Source of the DNA: Paramecium tetraurelia
Lineage: Eukaryota
NCBI GenBank assembly: GCA_000165425.1
Contig: CT868024.1
Location: 242,359 to 262,358 of the forward strand
DNA length: 20,000 nt
Direction of reading: 5' to 3'
Part shown: positions 1-10,984 of the stretch, piece after piece
Position numbering within the stretch: position 1 is the first letter of the stretch
Layout: every line of letters starts with the position of its first letter
Translations under genes and position numbers: made by a program
The notes under the pieces: model-generated
Seen by the model: the letters and a program-made list of their open reading frames with translations, nothing else
What the model was told of the DNA's origin: nothing
The model's database searches: none

Positions 1-321
1 TATTGTTACAATACAAGAGAATATCTGAAGTAATTATAATGTTATGAAAATATTTAGGAGAATTTAATACAATTTTTTGTGAATTGCTTTGTAAATTCAA
101 ATAAATATTGCGAAGGCATTGCAGAAATATTTTTAATGACTCCAAATACATTGAAAACATTTATTTTCAAGGCGTTGACTAAACATTTGGATAAGACAAA
201 AAACTATGAATCGGTGGAATTCATATTAAAACATTTGATAAAGGATTAAAAGAATGTCAGTTTTAAAAACTCTCTTCAAAATAATTTAGATAATTATATG
301 AAACAATAAGAAAAAAAATGA
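1..321 (+). CDS. 3' end of a hypothetical protein (partial, begins upstream of the window)
   Basis: Frame 1 is open under table 6 (YCYNTREYLKQLQCYENIQENLIQFFVNCF...NNLDNYMKQQEKK) and ends at TGA 319-321. No recognisable domain. Confidence 0.8.
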
Positions 322-393
322 ATTTTAGTGTTTATTTTTTATTCTTTGAGTATATGATGATCGTTATTGATTAATATTATTATTATATTTCTA

Positions 394-1741
394 TCAATTT
401 TCCTTCTTTTCTAATTTGTAAAATGATAATTCCTATATATGCTTATCTTTCAATTCTTCCCATAATTTTTAATACCTTTCCTAATTTGGTTGAGCTATTA
501 AATTAATTTTACTCTAAATGAATCTATTGAAATTTGATTGCTTATAAAAGTTGGAGTCTGCATTGATCTGCTTCACATCTATAAATCTAGACAATTGCTC
601 AGTACCATCAAGATTACCAAATGATTCAGTTTGACTAAATTTATTTTACATACATCTTACTTTAAATTCAATCTAAAAAATAATAGGAGTAGCAATTTAA
701 TCAAATAAGTCCGTTAATCATCAGGTTCGTCACTACAATAAGAATAATTCTAGTTTTTGAAATCTATATCAGGAACAATTTCATTAAACTCTTTGAGGGA
801 CTATTGCCAATCTGAAATCTTAACATCTATTCTATTTTTTTGAGTTGATATTAAAATATTAGAAGGAGAAACGAATTTCATTTTCTTCTAGAATTATTGA
901 TTGCCTCCTGAGGATCTCAAATCTGTTTAATCCAAGTATGTTAATATTTGATGAGCTACTTAGAATTTCTAATCAATGTTGAATTGAGTTGATGCTCTAA
1001 ATCAATTTTATAAATAAATTACGCAAATGAATAAAGATTGTGATCTTCAAGGGTTGAAATAAGATACATCGAACCAATCGGACTAGTTTAATCAGTTTCT
1101 TTTAGTGGCTCTACCTTATATGCATGATATTTCTTGTAATATTCCCCTTTTTGCTATTGTTTACCAAGATTAATAAGAAAATTGTGAAATTTTTGTAAAT
1201 TAACTCCGTTCCAGCACTTAATAAAATACATCCCTTTGTCTTTTAAATGCCCAATAAAGCTGTATGAATTGTAAGGAGTTTATCGTATGATTCTCATATT
1301 TCTTATCTCTCCTTCTAATTCTCTGAGAGTGTTGGCAAATTCAGAACCTCTTTACTTGTAACTTGAGATATTATCATCCAAAAACAAGGGCCCTTTAATC
1401 TCATTATTGGGAAATTGAAGATCTATTAATTGTTCCTTCAATAGTTAAACTTTTAATTGATCAACTGGTTTTTGATTGTATTGAACTTCTACAGAATCTT
1501 GTTGAAGTTTAGCATATTTTTCCTTGAATCCTTCGACTTTACTTTCGAAAAGTTTTTGTTATTTAGATCTTGGGCTTTCTATTTGACTAAGTAAAAGGTT
1601 GGCCTCTCTGACTTCAACAGGTTTAGTGTTTCCTTAAACATAAGATTATTCGTTGTTGTTATGAACTACACTTTGATTTTGAATTTAACTTTGCGGAGCC
1701 TTAGATACTTCACTCTTTGGTTTTTTAGATGAGCAGCACAT
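394..1741 (-). CDS. Protein kinase-like (probable pseudokinase), 431 aa, N-terminal MCC motif
   Basis: ATG at 1741 (MCCSSKKPK), TGA at 394-396. Two 26-nt GTA..TAG introns (997-1022, 635-660) give a 1296-nt spliced frame. Kinase-like motifs occur in order: YFIK (VAIK-like), MYLISTLEDHNLYSF, QVAHQILTYL, MKFVSPSNILI (HRDLKPxNIL-like), VKISDW (DFG-like). Confidence 0.8.
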
Positions 1742-1886
1742 TGTTTATTAAAATGGAATATATATTAATATAATTGACTTTAATTTTTATTTTAAATGTC
1801 CTTTTTTAATCTACTCAACAGTATAGTTCTGTTAATAAAAATACATAAATGCCAGATTACATTTTATCATTACAATATACTTATAA

Positions 1887-3612
1887 TCATAACTAGGTTA
1901 TTAAACAACCTAAAGATGACTTTTTTTGGCTTCGAGCTTCCATAATTATTTTTTTAACAGGATAATTATCTTATCGATGTAATTAAAATGAACTTTGTGA
2001 TTGAGATTTAATGATTTGAACATTATGAAATTCATCTTTCTTTTCTGAATAATTCTAATTCGGAGTTTTTATAGCATAAGATCGACTTGGAGTAACAGTT
2101 CTTGAATTTTTGTAGGAATGAATGTTTAATGATTAATATTATTGTTGAAATAGATTGTGTAGAGAATCCTAATTCAAAATTGGAGGTCTTTGAGTTTCAA
2201 TCTAAGAATTCTAATAAGAGGTCTAAGCTAATAATTTATTCCTCATTGATTTCAATTTCCTTAAGTAATTATCCTTCTCATCCTTGCCTTCTCTCGACTT
2301 AAAAGCAATTCTGTTCTTTTTTCTTGAAGACAGACTTTGAGCCTATTCATTTTTTCTCAATTACGATTAAAGATTGACTGGCTGATAAAAATAATTTTAG
2401 ATTTTTTGTTTCAACTATTCTAAGTTAGTATCTGATTCTATCTCCTCCCTTGCTTACTATTATTGAGGAATGACTTTTGTATTCCTAATGGTTTTCAATA
2501 AATTTTAATAAGGATTACAAGATTTTGGTTTGAATTCTGGAACAAAAACAGTTTCTGGATTATCAAACTCCTCTGAATTTTCTATTTTTCTTACCTAATC
2601 TTATAACTTTTCAATTCTTTCCTTTAATATGAGTTTAGTTTATCTTAAATACTTTTTCAATAAAACCGAGTGATAATTGTCTGCTATCTACAAGTATTAG
2701 AATAGTGGGACTCTGTAGACTTCACTCACCGTAGTAGAAACAGCATCAGTAGATCTGCGAATATTGTCTAACTGATTCCTATTTTAGTACCATGACTGAT
2801 TATCGATAAACTCATAATCTCCAAAACATTGTCCAGTTCCCAAAGTCACAAGTCCATAATCTTATAATTTCCCTTTTACTTTTATTTTCTATTAAATTAA
2901 TATTTCCCCACTCTTTACTACATAAAATGATTTATCATTCTGTCCTTCTTTATACACATACTGATTTCTTAGGATTGTAATTAATTTCAAATGATGTATG
3001 ATCAATGCCAATGCCAATTCGTTCCATCCATAGAAAATAGCTGTGGGCTTTAATTGGTAATACTGAACTGCAATTAGATGATCTATCACAGGTTACAAGA
3101 AGTTGTAATAGGCCTCATAGCTGATAACGAGAAGTACAGAATTGCATGCACATACAACTGTTGCTGTTCTTGGAAGTCTATGATGTAGGCTCACTTCTCC
3201 AAAATAATCTCCAGGAACTAATACAGCTGCAGGTTACTTATTCTCAATAATATTAAATTGTCATACTGATTTCCGTAATCTCATAAGGGAATATATTCAG
3301 ATTGCCATCCAAAATAAAATACATTTTCCTTCCTACTTCCCCCATGGTGAAAATTATATCCTTCTCTGAATGCATTTCAACTTGAAACTGTTTCATGAAC
3401 ATACGAAATTTATCTGTGCTTCTCAAGTATCTTTAAATTTTAGAACAAATTGGAAATATTTTTAGCATCTATTTCTCGAGATATTGCATGTCCTATTCAC
3501 TTTGGTTCGATAACGCATTCAAAATATTCTTTACAGTGACCTGATAATTGCCCTCTGCAAATATTTTGGTCATGTTTTTCAGTAGTTAGACTTTCTAAAC
3601 TGCCTTCTTCAT
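1887..3612 (-). CDS. Protein with two cyclic nucleotide-binding (cNMP/CAP_ED) domains and a low-complexity C-terminal tail; start uncertain and one splice site defective (possible pseudogene)
   Basis: Domain 1: IIFTMGEVGRKMYFILDG...LVPGDYFGEVSLHHRLPRTATVVC. Domain 2: VYKEGQNDKSFYVVKSGEI...LGTGQCFGDYEF...RRSTDAVS. TGA at 1887-1889. In-frame ATGs at 3612, 3756 and 3909 (the last is blocked by TGA 3853-3855). The frame needs removal of 3n+1 nt near 3245-3266, where a GT..TG 22-mer lies. Confidence 0.75.
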
Positions 3613-3976
3613 CTAAGTATTTATAATTTAAATATAATTAAAAATAGGTAATTAGGACTTTACTGTTTCTTCTTAATTTTGATCCCACATCTCATTATGC
3701 ACCTTACACTGTGATAAATCAAACTTAACTAGTTTTTACTTGAGTTTTATTTCCATTACTTCAGCATTCCTCAGAATTCTACTATGTTTCAAATATAGAA
3801 TAAGCGACAAGTCCACAAATTTTAGATTTACTTGTTAAATCCAATTATTATTTCAATATGCATTCTTTAATGAATTATGCAATAATACTCGTGGAGTTAA
3901 CTCACACATAAATATTTAATTTATTCTATGAGTAAAATGTTTGAATTTAAAAATAATTAACAGAAAAACATTACAA

Positions 3977-6869
3977 ATGAAGGCCATCCCAAAATAATAG
4001 ACCTTAATTACAGTTGCTCGTCCTTGCTCCTTGTCTAAAGAGCTTACGCCAATTTCCATTCATTCTCCTGACCGATAATTGGTGTATGGCTTGAAAACTT
4101 AAACATAAGCCAGAGTATAAACTTATGTAGGTTCTCCATTCATACAGTCCCCAACTTACGATGCAAATAAACCGCTCATTTCTTCACGTATGCATCTATC
4201 ATAGTTCTAGCCAACTTGAATGTCCAACCTCAATCCCCAAAAAAATTGATAGACTCCTATCATTACAAATAGAGGACACTTGACTATAAATCCTCAGGGG
4301 CAGAATACAAACCATTTGAAACCACTAAACAACTAATTCCCTAAATCAACCAACAAGATTTTGCAAAGACCTATCAATTTGATATAAATAAAGAGAATAA
4401 GGAAACATATTCTAATACTGATAGAAGAACTCTGAATAACCCATTCTTAGAATCAAAAGAAAACATTAAGGTTGGACTTGAATTTCTAAGTATATCTCCA
4501 ATTTAGGAATTAGCCAATTAGAATACAACTAACATACCTTCAAAATTAACTTAAACAACCTCAATAAAGTCGAAACTTTAAAATGACATCAACAAGATTT
4601 CTAGTTCTTTGAGAGAATTAATAAATTCAATCTAAAAGCAATTGGGAACAAGTAATCTAACTGATGTTCTTAATGATAAAATGATAGATGTGCTCTCTAA
4701 TTTCAGAAAATTGGAAGAAACAATTGTGTCAGATTTCTCAAATTAGCAATTGCCTTAGGTGAATAGCTAACATTCAAATGAACAGAAAATCTAATCCTTG
4801 ACTGAGGATTATAATAAATTGAAGGCCATTCTAGATTAATTACAGAACAAAATGGGATCTCTTGTTTAAGAGAATTAGAAGGTATCATCTATTATCCTAG
4901 CCTTTTAGTTAAATAAATAATTGATAGATTAAGAGCATTAGGTTTAAGATGAAAGGAGGAGACTCAAGGATGAGAATCAAAAACTACAATAGAATTAATG
5001 TGAATTGAACAGAGTGCTGGGATGTCTGCAACTCAACCAAAAAGAAAATGAGGAGTTGAGGAATCAGTTATAAAAATTGGAAAAAAACATCAGCGACTCA
5101 GTGGTTTGCCGATAATTATTTTAGCAAGATGAATAATCAAAAGAGTTTCAACTCAAATATTAAAATTTATTAAGAGATTATACTCAATTAGAATCAAAAT
5201 ATAAATAAGTAGTTTAAGAGAGAAACACAAGAGACATGAATAAATCTCCTTCTGTCTTGAGATCACCATCTGGAACTCCACATCAACAATAGAGTAAGCA
5301 GATGGAATAACTTGAATTGAAGATACTTTAATTGCAAATAGAGAATGATAATTTAAAAGCAGAGATTGCTCATAATTAGGTTGATTCAAGATCGTTAGAT
5401 TAGAAGAACAATGTGATTGATTAGTTGGAAGAGAAGATAAGATCTATATTAAGAGAACGCACAGAATCTGAAGATCACCTTTAATAAATTTGTTATAATT
5501 TGGAAAATTAAATTGAGTAGATAAAATCTAATTTAAGTTAGAAAGAAACAGAATTGAATTAAATGGCTAAACTAAAGAAGGATGTTGAAAGAGACTTCCA
5601 ATCCTCAGTCAAAAATCATCAAATAGTCCAAAAAGGACTGGATGATAAGATCACAAGCATTAAAGCAGATTATGAAAAATTATAAGCTGACTATAAATCT
5701 GTAGATTAGAAACGAATTAAGGCTGAAGAAAATTTAAAATCATGTGAAAAATCATTAGAATTACAAAAGTAAGAGTCGAATTCTTTGCAAACAGAAAATT
5801 TAAAACTTCATGATAAATTGTAACATCAATAAAAGTAATTGGAATAGTTGAGTCAACAATTGTAACAGTATCAATAATCAACCTAATAATTGCTGAAATA
5901 ATTGGATAACTTGAAAGAAATTGAGTCTCAATAGAAGTAGGATTTGGATCAATTATAATCCTAATTAAGGTAGATCAAATAAGATGCTAAGAATTAGATC
6001 AACGATTTAAATTAAGCTTTAGCATTATCATTGACAAAAACAAAAGAGAAGGAAAAATAAAACATTGATCTTGTTGAAGAGATGAGTGCTTTGAAGGATC
6101 AATATGAAGTGTAAAAGAAGATACAATTAGAACACATCAATGAATTAGAGAGAAAACTAAAGAGTCTAAGATCTTAATTGGAGGAAACAATAGAGAATAA
6201 GGAAAATGAAATTAATGATTTAAAGCTTCACATGGAACAATAACTAAAGTTGATGGATTAAAGGAATACTAATTCTTATTTTGATTTTGAAGAAAGAGAA
6301 TAATAGTGGATCTAAGATCTTCAATAGAAAACAGAAATCATTGAAACATTAAAAGGGGAGTTGGAAAAGACTAGGAGCATCAACTATAATATTCAAGAGG
6401 ATGCACTTAAGAACAACATTTAAAATACATAGTTGAATGTTACAATTAATAATCTGAAAGGTGAATTAAATCAAGCCAAATAAGAGTAAGCTCATTTGAT
6501 TGACATGCTAAAAAAAAGAAAGGAAGAAGCTGAACAATTACATTTAGGATTGGAAGAGGCAAGAAAGGAAGCTTAAGCAAAAAAGAATATTGCTGAAGAT
6601 AATAGAAGTATATAGTTGATAATATTTTAGGGACATTGCTTAGGTAATAGGATTTATAGGCATCATTGGAAAATTTGTAGAGAGATAATTTAGTTTTGAC
6701 TTAGAAGGTCAATTCTTTGAATAATGAACTCTCAAGGAAATAAAGGGAGCATTAAGAAAAGTCTGAGGAATACACCATTCTTAGAAGGAAATATGATGAG
6801 ACAGTCTAAAATTTAGAGAGATTGGAAAAGAGATGGGGAGATAAAATAGAATAACATAGAAAAAATTGA
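3977..6869 (+). CDS. Long coiled-coil protein (~939 aa) with a Pro/Ser/Thr-rich N-terminus; function unknown
   Basis: ATG 3977, TGA 6867-6869. Introns 4188-4210 (23 nt), 4882-4908 (27 nt, in frame) and 6608-6630 (23 nt) give 2820 nt. E/K/Q/L heptad-rich composition from about 4560 to the end. Confidence 0.85.
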
Positions 6870-7032
6870 TTAGTTAAATTATTTAAATTAATAAATAATC
6901 ATTTTACTAATAATTCTGCAAACTATCAATAAATTAATCTAATTAATTGGATTACATTTTATTAGATAATTTATATAAATTCTGTTTTAGTGCTATTATA
7001 ATACAGTTAATAAATTGTAATAAATATAAATA

Positions 7033-7833
7033 ATGCTGAGCCCAATAGAAGTTTTTCAGTAAATGGTGAAATCTGACACCTAGTATCATATATGATTCAT
7101 ATTCGTAAGATTTGTCAATAATTCAACATTAAGTTCATTTAATACTTTCAAATAAAGATTATCAAGTTTGGGATTTAGTTCGCGAAGCAACAGCAGTTTC
7201 ATAAGTGAAACATTAGCCACTACGACAACAACTTAATCTTCGCATTTTAACTATTAGAGCAATTAGACTTTGAATAAAATCGATGAATGGTAAAGAAGGC
7301 AAGACTAGTTGGTTTAATAATTGGCCTAATCAAAATCAAAGAATATGTACATTCCAAATTATCCACCAAAATAATCATTCGATTTGAGATCAAGATTTGA
7401 GCAGCATAATGCCTAATCACTTTAAATAAATATATCCTTGGATAATAAATTCCAGAGATCCCCATCATTAATTGCCCATATGCTGGATTCATAAATTATT
7501 TCTGATTTAAGTGAGCATCCAATAAGCAAATCTAAAACCAAAGATGATGAATAGAAGAAGAAATCAAACCTCAAAACATCAGCACAAAAAACTGTTGAAA
7601 AAAAATCCGTAAAAATTGAGGAGAAGCGAAAATCACAATCAGAAACTATTCCAGGGAAAAAACCAAGGGCATCAAAAAGCGAGGTTAAACCTCCTAAGAC
7701 CCCCGATGCAAAATTAAAGAAGTAAAAAAGCAATTCTAGTTTGTCATCTCCTTCACCAAAAAAAAAGAGTTCCAAACCTGGAGTGGAATCAGTGGATTCA
7801 TTTCTATAATAATCAAAAAAGAAAAAAAAGTGA
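7033..7833 (+). CDS. Hypothetical 257 aa protein with a Lys/Ser/Pro-rich basic C-terminal tail
   Basis: ATG 7033, TGA 7831-7833. A 27-nt intron 7083-7109 (GTA..AAG) contains an in-frame TGA at 7093. The tail includes KPPKTPDAKLKK and SSPSPKKKSSK and ends QSKKKKK. Confidence 0.75.
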
Positions 7834-8178
7834 GAAAAATGCAATTATAATTATTTTGCAGTAATTTTATAGTATAATTTTATTACTCTTTATTATTATC
7901 TATAATATTTAAAGAAGCAGGAAAATCCGAAAAGATTTGAGTCCCTTTAAGTATCTATTACTGGAGATATTTTCTTTGTAGAATTAGTAACTATTTAAAG
8001 GTAAATGTGAATCAAATCTTCAATATATGTGTATGTACTCCTTTTGCATTTATTGAGAATATAAATTATTCTACTTTATTACCTAAATCATTAGGATATT
8101 AATAAGATAAGAATAATAAATAAATAATTTATGTGATTCTATGATTTGATTTTTTAAAAAATATATATAAATTGAGAA

Positions 8179-9261
8179 ATGACTTAATAAAGTGAAGAGA
8201 CTATCGATGACTTTTTGATCAAGCTCTATAATGAGAAAAAAATGAGTGAAGAAACTAAAGAGAAAATAATGAAATCCATTGAGAGATTTGTTAAATTGTT
8301 AAAGCAAGTAAAATATCAATCCCTCAATCCTCCTTTATCAAAATTGTATCATACTTATTTTGGGTCGTTGTTAAATGGCTTTGGAACACAATCATCAGAT
8401 GTTGATTACACAATATTAACTAATTCATATGTGAATGAAAAGCAATTCCTTTAATTTACAAAATAAGAAATTGAAAAAATTATCAAGTCAAACAAAAATT
8501 ATTCAAGATTCGTAATAGAAAGATATGTTGATTCAGCTCGTATTCCCGTTATCAATATTAAGGATACAGTTGAAAATGTGGAGTTTGACTTGTGTGTCAA
8601 TAATATTTTAGGAGTAATAAACACAAAACTACTAAATTAATATGCTAGTCTTCATGAGAATGTAAGAATAGGAGGGGTTCTCTTAAAAGTGTGGGGAAAG
8701 GCCTAAAAATTAATAAACCATAATGATTTTTCCTCTTATCAGATAATATTGATGTGGATTGCATTTTTATAGAGAGAGCATATGCTACCAGTATTGTAAG
8801 ACAAAGAATTATTACGTCAGACTAATGATTAATCAGGAAAATTGGAAATCGCAAGAGCAAAGTCAGGGGATGAAGCATCGTCTCCTACTGATCACTTTAC
8901 AACAGATGTGAGTTTCTTGACTGACCCAGAAATAATCAAATAGAAGATGGAACAATGCACAGTGGGATGTTATAAGATAAGTGAATTGTTAAGGGATTTT
9001 TGGAAATTTTACTAATTTCCTGATGGTAAATTTTTTAAAGATGAATACCTCATTTCAATCCATTAACCTAATAAAGATCTATAAAAAAAATGGGCAACCA
9101 ACCTTAAGTTCTTAACAAAAGACCCTTTTGATATCTCTCACGACCCAGGTTAAAGGGCTAAGAATATTGAAGAAAGAAGATTGGAAATTTTTGAAAAGTC
9201 AAAAATAATAATGCAGAAATAGTTACTGTAATAAGTAAAGGAGATATTTTCATAATAATGA
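8179..9261 (+). CDS. Cid1-family non-canonical nucleotidyltransferase (terminal uridylyltransferase / poly(U) polymerase-like), 360 aa, intronless
   Basis: Pol-beta signature YFGSLLNGFGTQSSDVD (Asp codons 8398 and 8404), SARIPVI, third Asp in EFDLCVNNILGVINTKLL (8587), LKVWGK...FSSYQIILMWIAFLQ, and nucleotide-recognition motif KDPFDISHDPG (His codon 9139-9141). TGA 9259-9261. I cannot assign it to a specific Paramecium CID paralogue from sequence alone. Confidence 0.93.
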
Positions 9262-9291
9262 TTGAATTGCATTATAAAATTTAATATTACA

Positions 9292-10974
9292 TCATACTAT
9301 AACATTTTCTGAGGGAATTGAATCAGCTTCTAATTCATCAAGTCTAATATGATCTTTGTTCATGGCTCTATATTGTTCTATCTTACTATCCAAATATTTC
9401 TTAACGCAAACAACTGCAATGATCAATATCAATACAAAACCACTAGGCTGTTTAAATAAATAATTACATCAAAGCGCAGCCTCCAATGATAACAGTCATT
9501 TAGTCTTATTCATAAAAATAGATTTCTTTGCCTGTCAATGTGAAATTATGCATTATTATACATTATTTGAATGCTGAATGATCATTTTCTTTTATTTTCG
9601 TTGGACAATTAGTGGCATTCATCTTCAGGAAATACTGAGTAGAATTCGTGCTAGTGGGTTTGCATTATAGCCATGGAGATATGGATTTAATTGAAAATAT
9701 GGAAAGTTAAGAGCTAGAAATGCCAACCATAAAAAATTATCTGTATTGGAAGGAAGTCTTAGAAAAAGGGTCTTATTCAATGGCATTTTTTGAATACGTT
9801 GTGGATTCCCACTTTCTAAATTCTTCGACATTCATTAGATCAATATCTTAGAAGAATAAGGGGGTTTCACTTTCAGTGATAAATTTGTTAAAGACTGAGT
9901 GATATATTACTCTATGAACTTCAGATCCAATCAAAATAGCTACATGTTCTCCAACCCAAACATCAAAAATATCCATATCTTTAGAATAAATTTTATTAAA
10001 GTAGTATGAATCTTCATTCACTAGAACTTCAAGTGCATACGGAATTCCATCCATTGTTTCAGCAACCAAGAAAAATGTATCTTCATAAAAATCAAACTAT
10101 TAACAATTCTTCAAATTGATCATAAACCCTGTATTCTAATATTCTCCTATAGACAATATCCTATAGAAAAGCAGTCCAGCAGACTTGTCTAGTAAATATA
10201 GGATAGTTGATTCAGGATTAGTTCTGACTGATACAATTTCCGACCCAGCAGTAAATGATGTAAATTTCAAAAGAGTTGTCTCAGTAAATTGATAAACTTC
10301 AACTAGATTTGTACCATAAATTAAATAAAGGGCATTCAATTTTTCATCGAAGTAAATTCTTGTTGGAAATATTTGGCCTTAACCATTCTTCTCTAAATCT
10401 ATTAGCTGAAAATCTGGATCCTTGAATAGAAAAGCTGAATCCTAACCAAACACAGCACATGTTTTATTGAAACAGGCAATGTGATGTTCAGAACTATTAC
10501 CATGTGTTGTTTGTATGCTTTTTAGTTTTAAATCATTCACTGATCTATCAAGCATATCAAGGACAATTTCGAAAATCAGAATTGAATTATCACTTCTTGT
10601 AACAAATACAAGATTATCATCGATGTACATATTAGTCAAAAATGCATTGGTTGATTGGGTTGATTGATTTACTAAATGTTTATATATCAACCTTCTTTCG
10701 TATTAATTGCATCCGGGCAATGTGAATGGATCCAGAGTCACATTAGGATGAATTCGAATATAGTCGCCATCAACGATTTCTCCAAGCTCCATGCTATAAA
10801 CTCCTGGGTAGCTTAGTAGATACATAGTCTTACTGATTACCTATTGTATTGAAGGAGGAGTGTAGAATCGACATTTGGAGAGTAGAAAGTGTGAGGAATC
10901 TATTCATAGACATGCCTTTTGGCTGGAGTCAAGAGCCTATCCGCAAAGACCACCTATAATAATATTAATAACAT
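9292..10974 (-). CDS. Type I single-pass membrane protein, 542 aa, with a beta-rich (possibly propeller-like) ectodomain
   Basis: Signal peptide MLLILLQVVFA at ATG 10974. Introns 10812-10840 (29 nt) and 9443-9467 (25 nt) give 1629 nt. C-terminal TM helix MTVIIGGCALIGFVLILIIAVVCV followed by KK and a short tail. TGA at 9292-9294. The track ORFs 9848-10069, 10136-10339 and 10442-10690 are all in this frame. Confidence 0.85.
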
Positions 10975-10984
10975 TAAAAATATA
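10975..10984. promoter_or_regulatory. 10-bp spacer (TAAAAATATA) between divergent start codons; shared or overlapping promoter region
   Basis: CAT at 10972-10974 and ATG at 10985-10987. Both starts are supported by N-terminal targeting signals. Promoter function is inferred. Confidence 0.6.

Noticed and set aside
2102..2302. Track ORF on + (66 aa)
   Set aside because: Antisense shadow of the cNMP gene, with no domain.
5104..5124. Possible 21-nt intron gtttgccgataattattttag
   Set aside because: In frame, stop-free and starts GTT rather than the usual GTA; not needed for the gene model and undecidable without RNA data.
4703..5389. Track ORFs on - (61 and 78 aa)
   Set aside because: Antisense to the coiled-coil gene; the hydrophobic look mirrors A-rich sense codons.
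7247..7844. Phe-rich track ORFs on - (81 and 140 aa)
   Set aside because: Reverse complement of the Lys-rich plus-strand gene 7033-7833.
9625..9831. Track ORF on - (68 aa)
   Set aside because: Alternative frame within the membrane-protein gene; the true frame is continuous under table 6.
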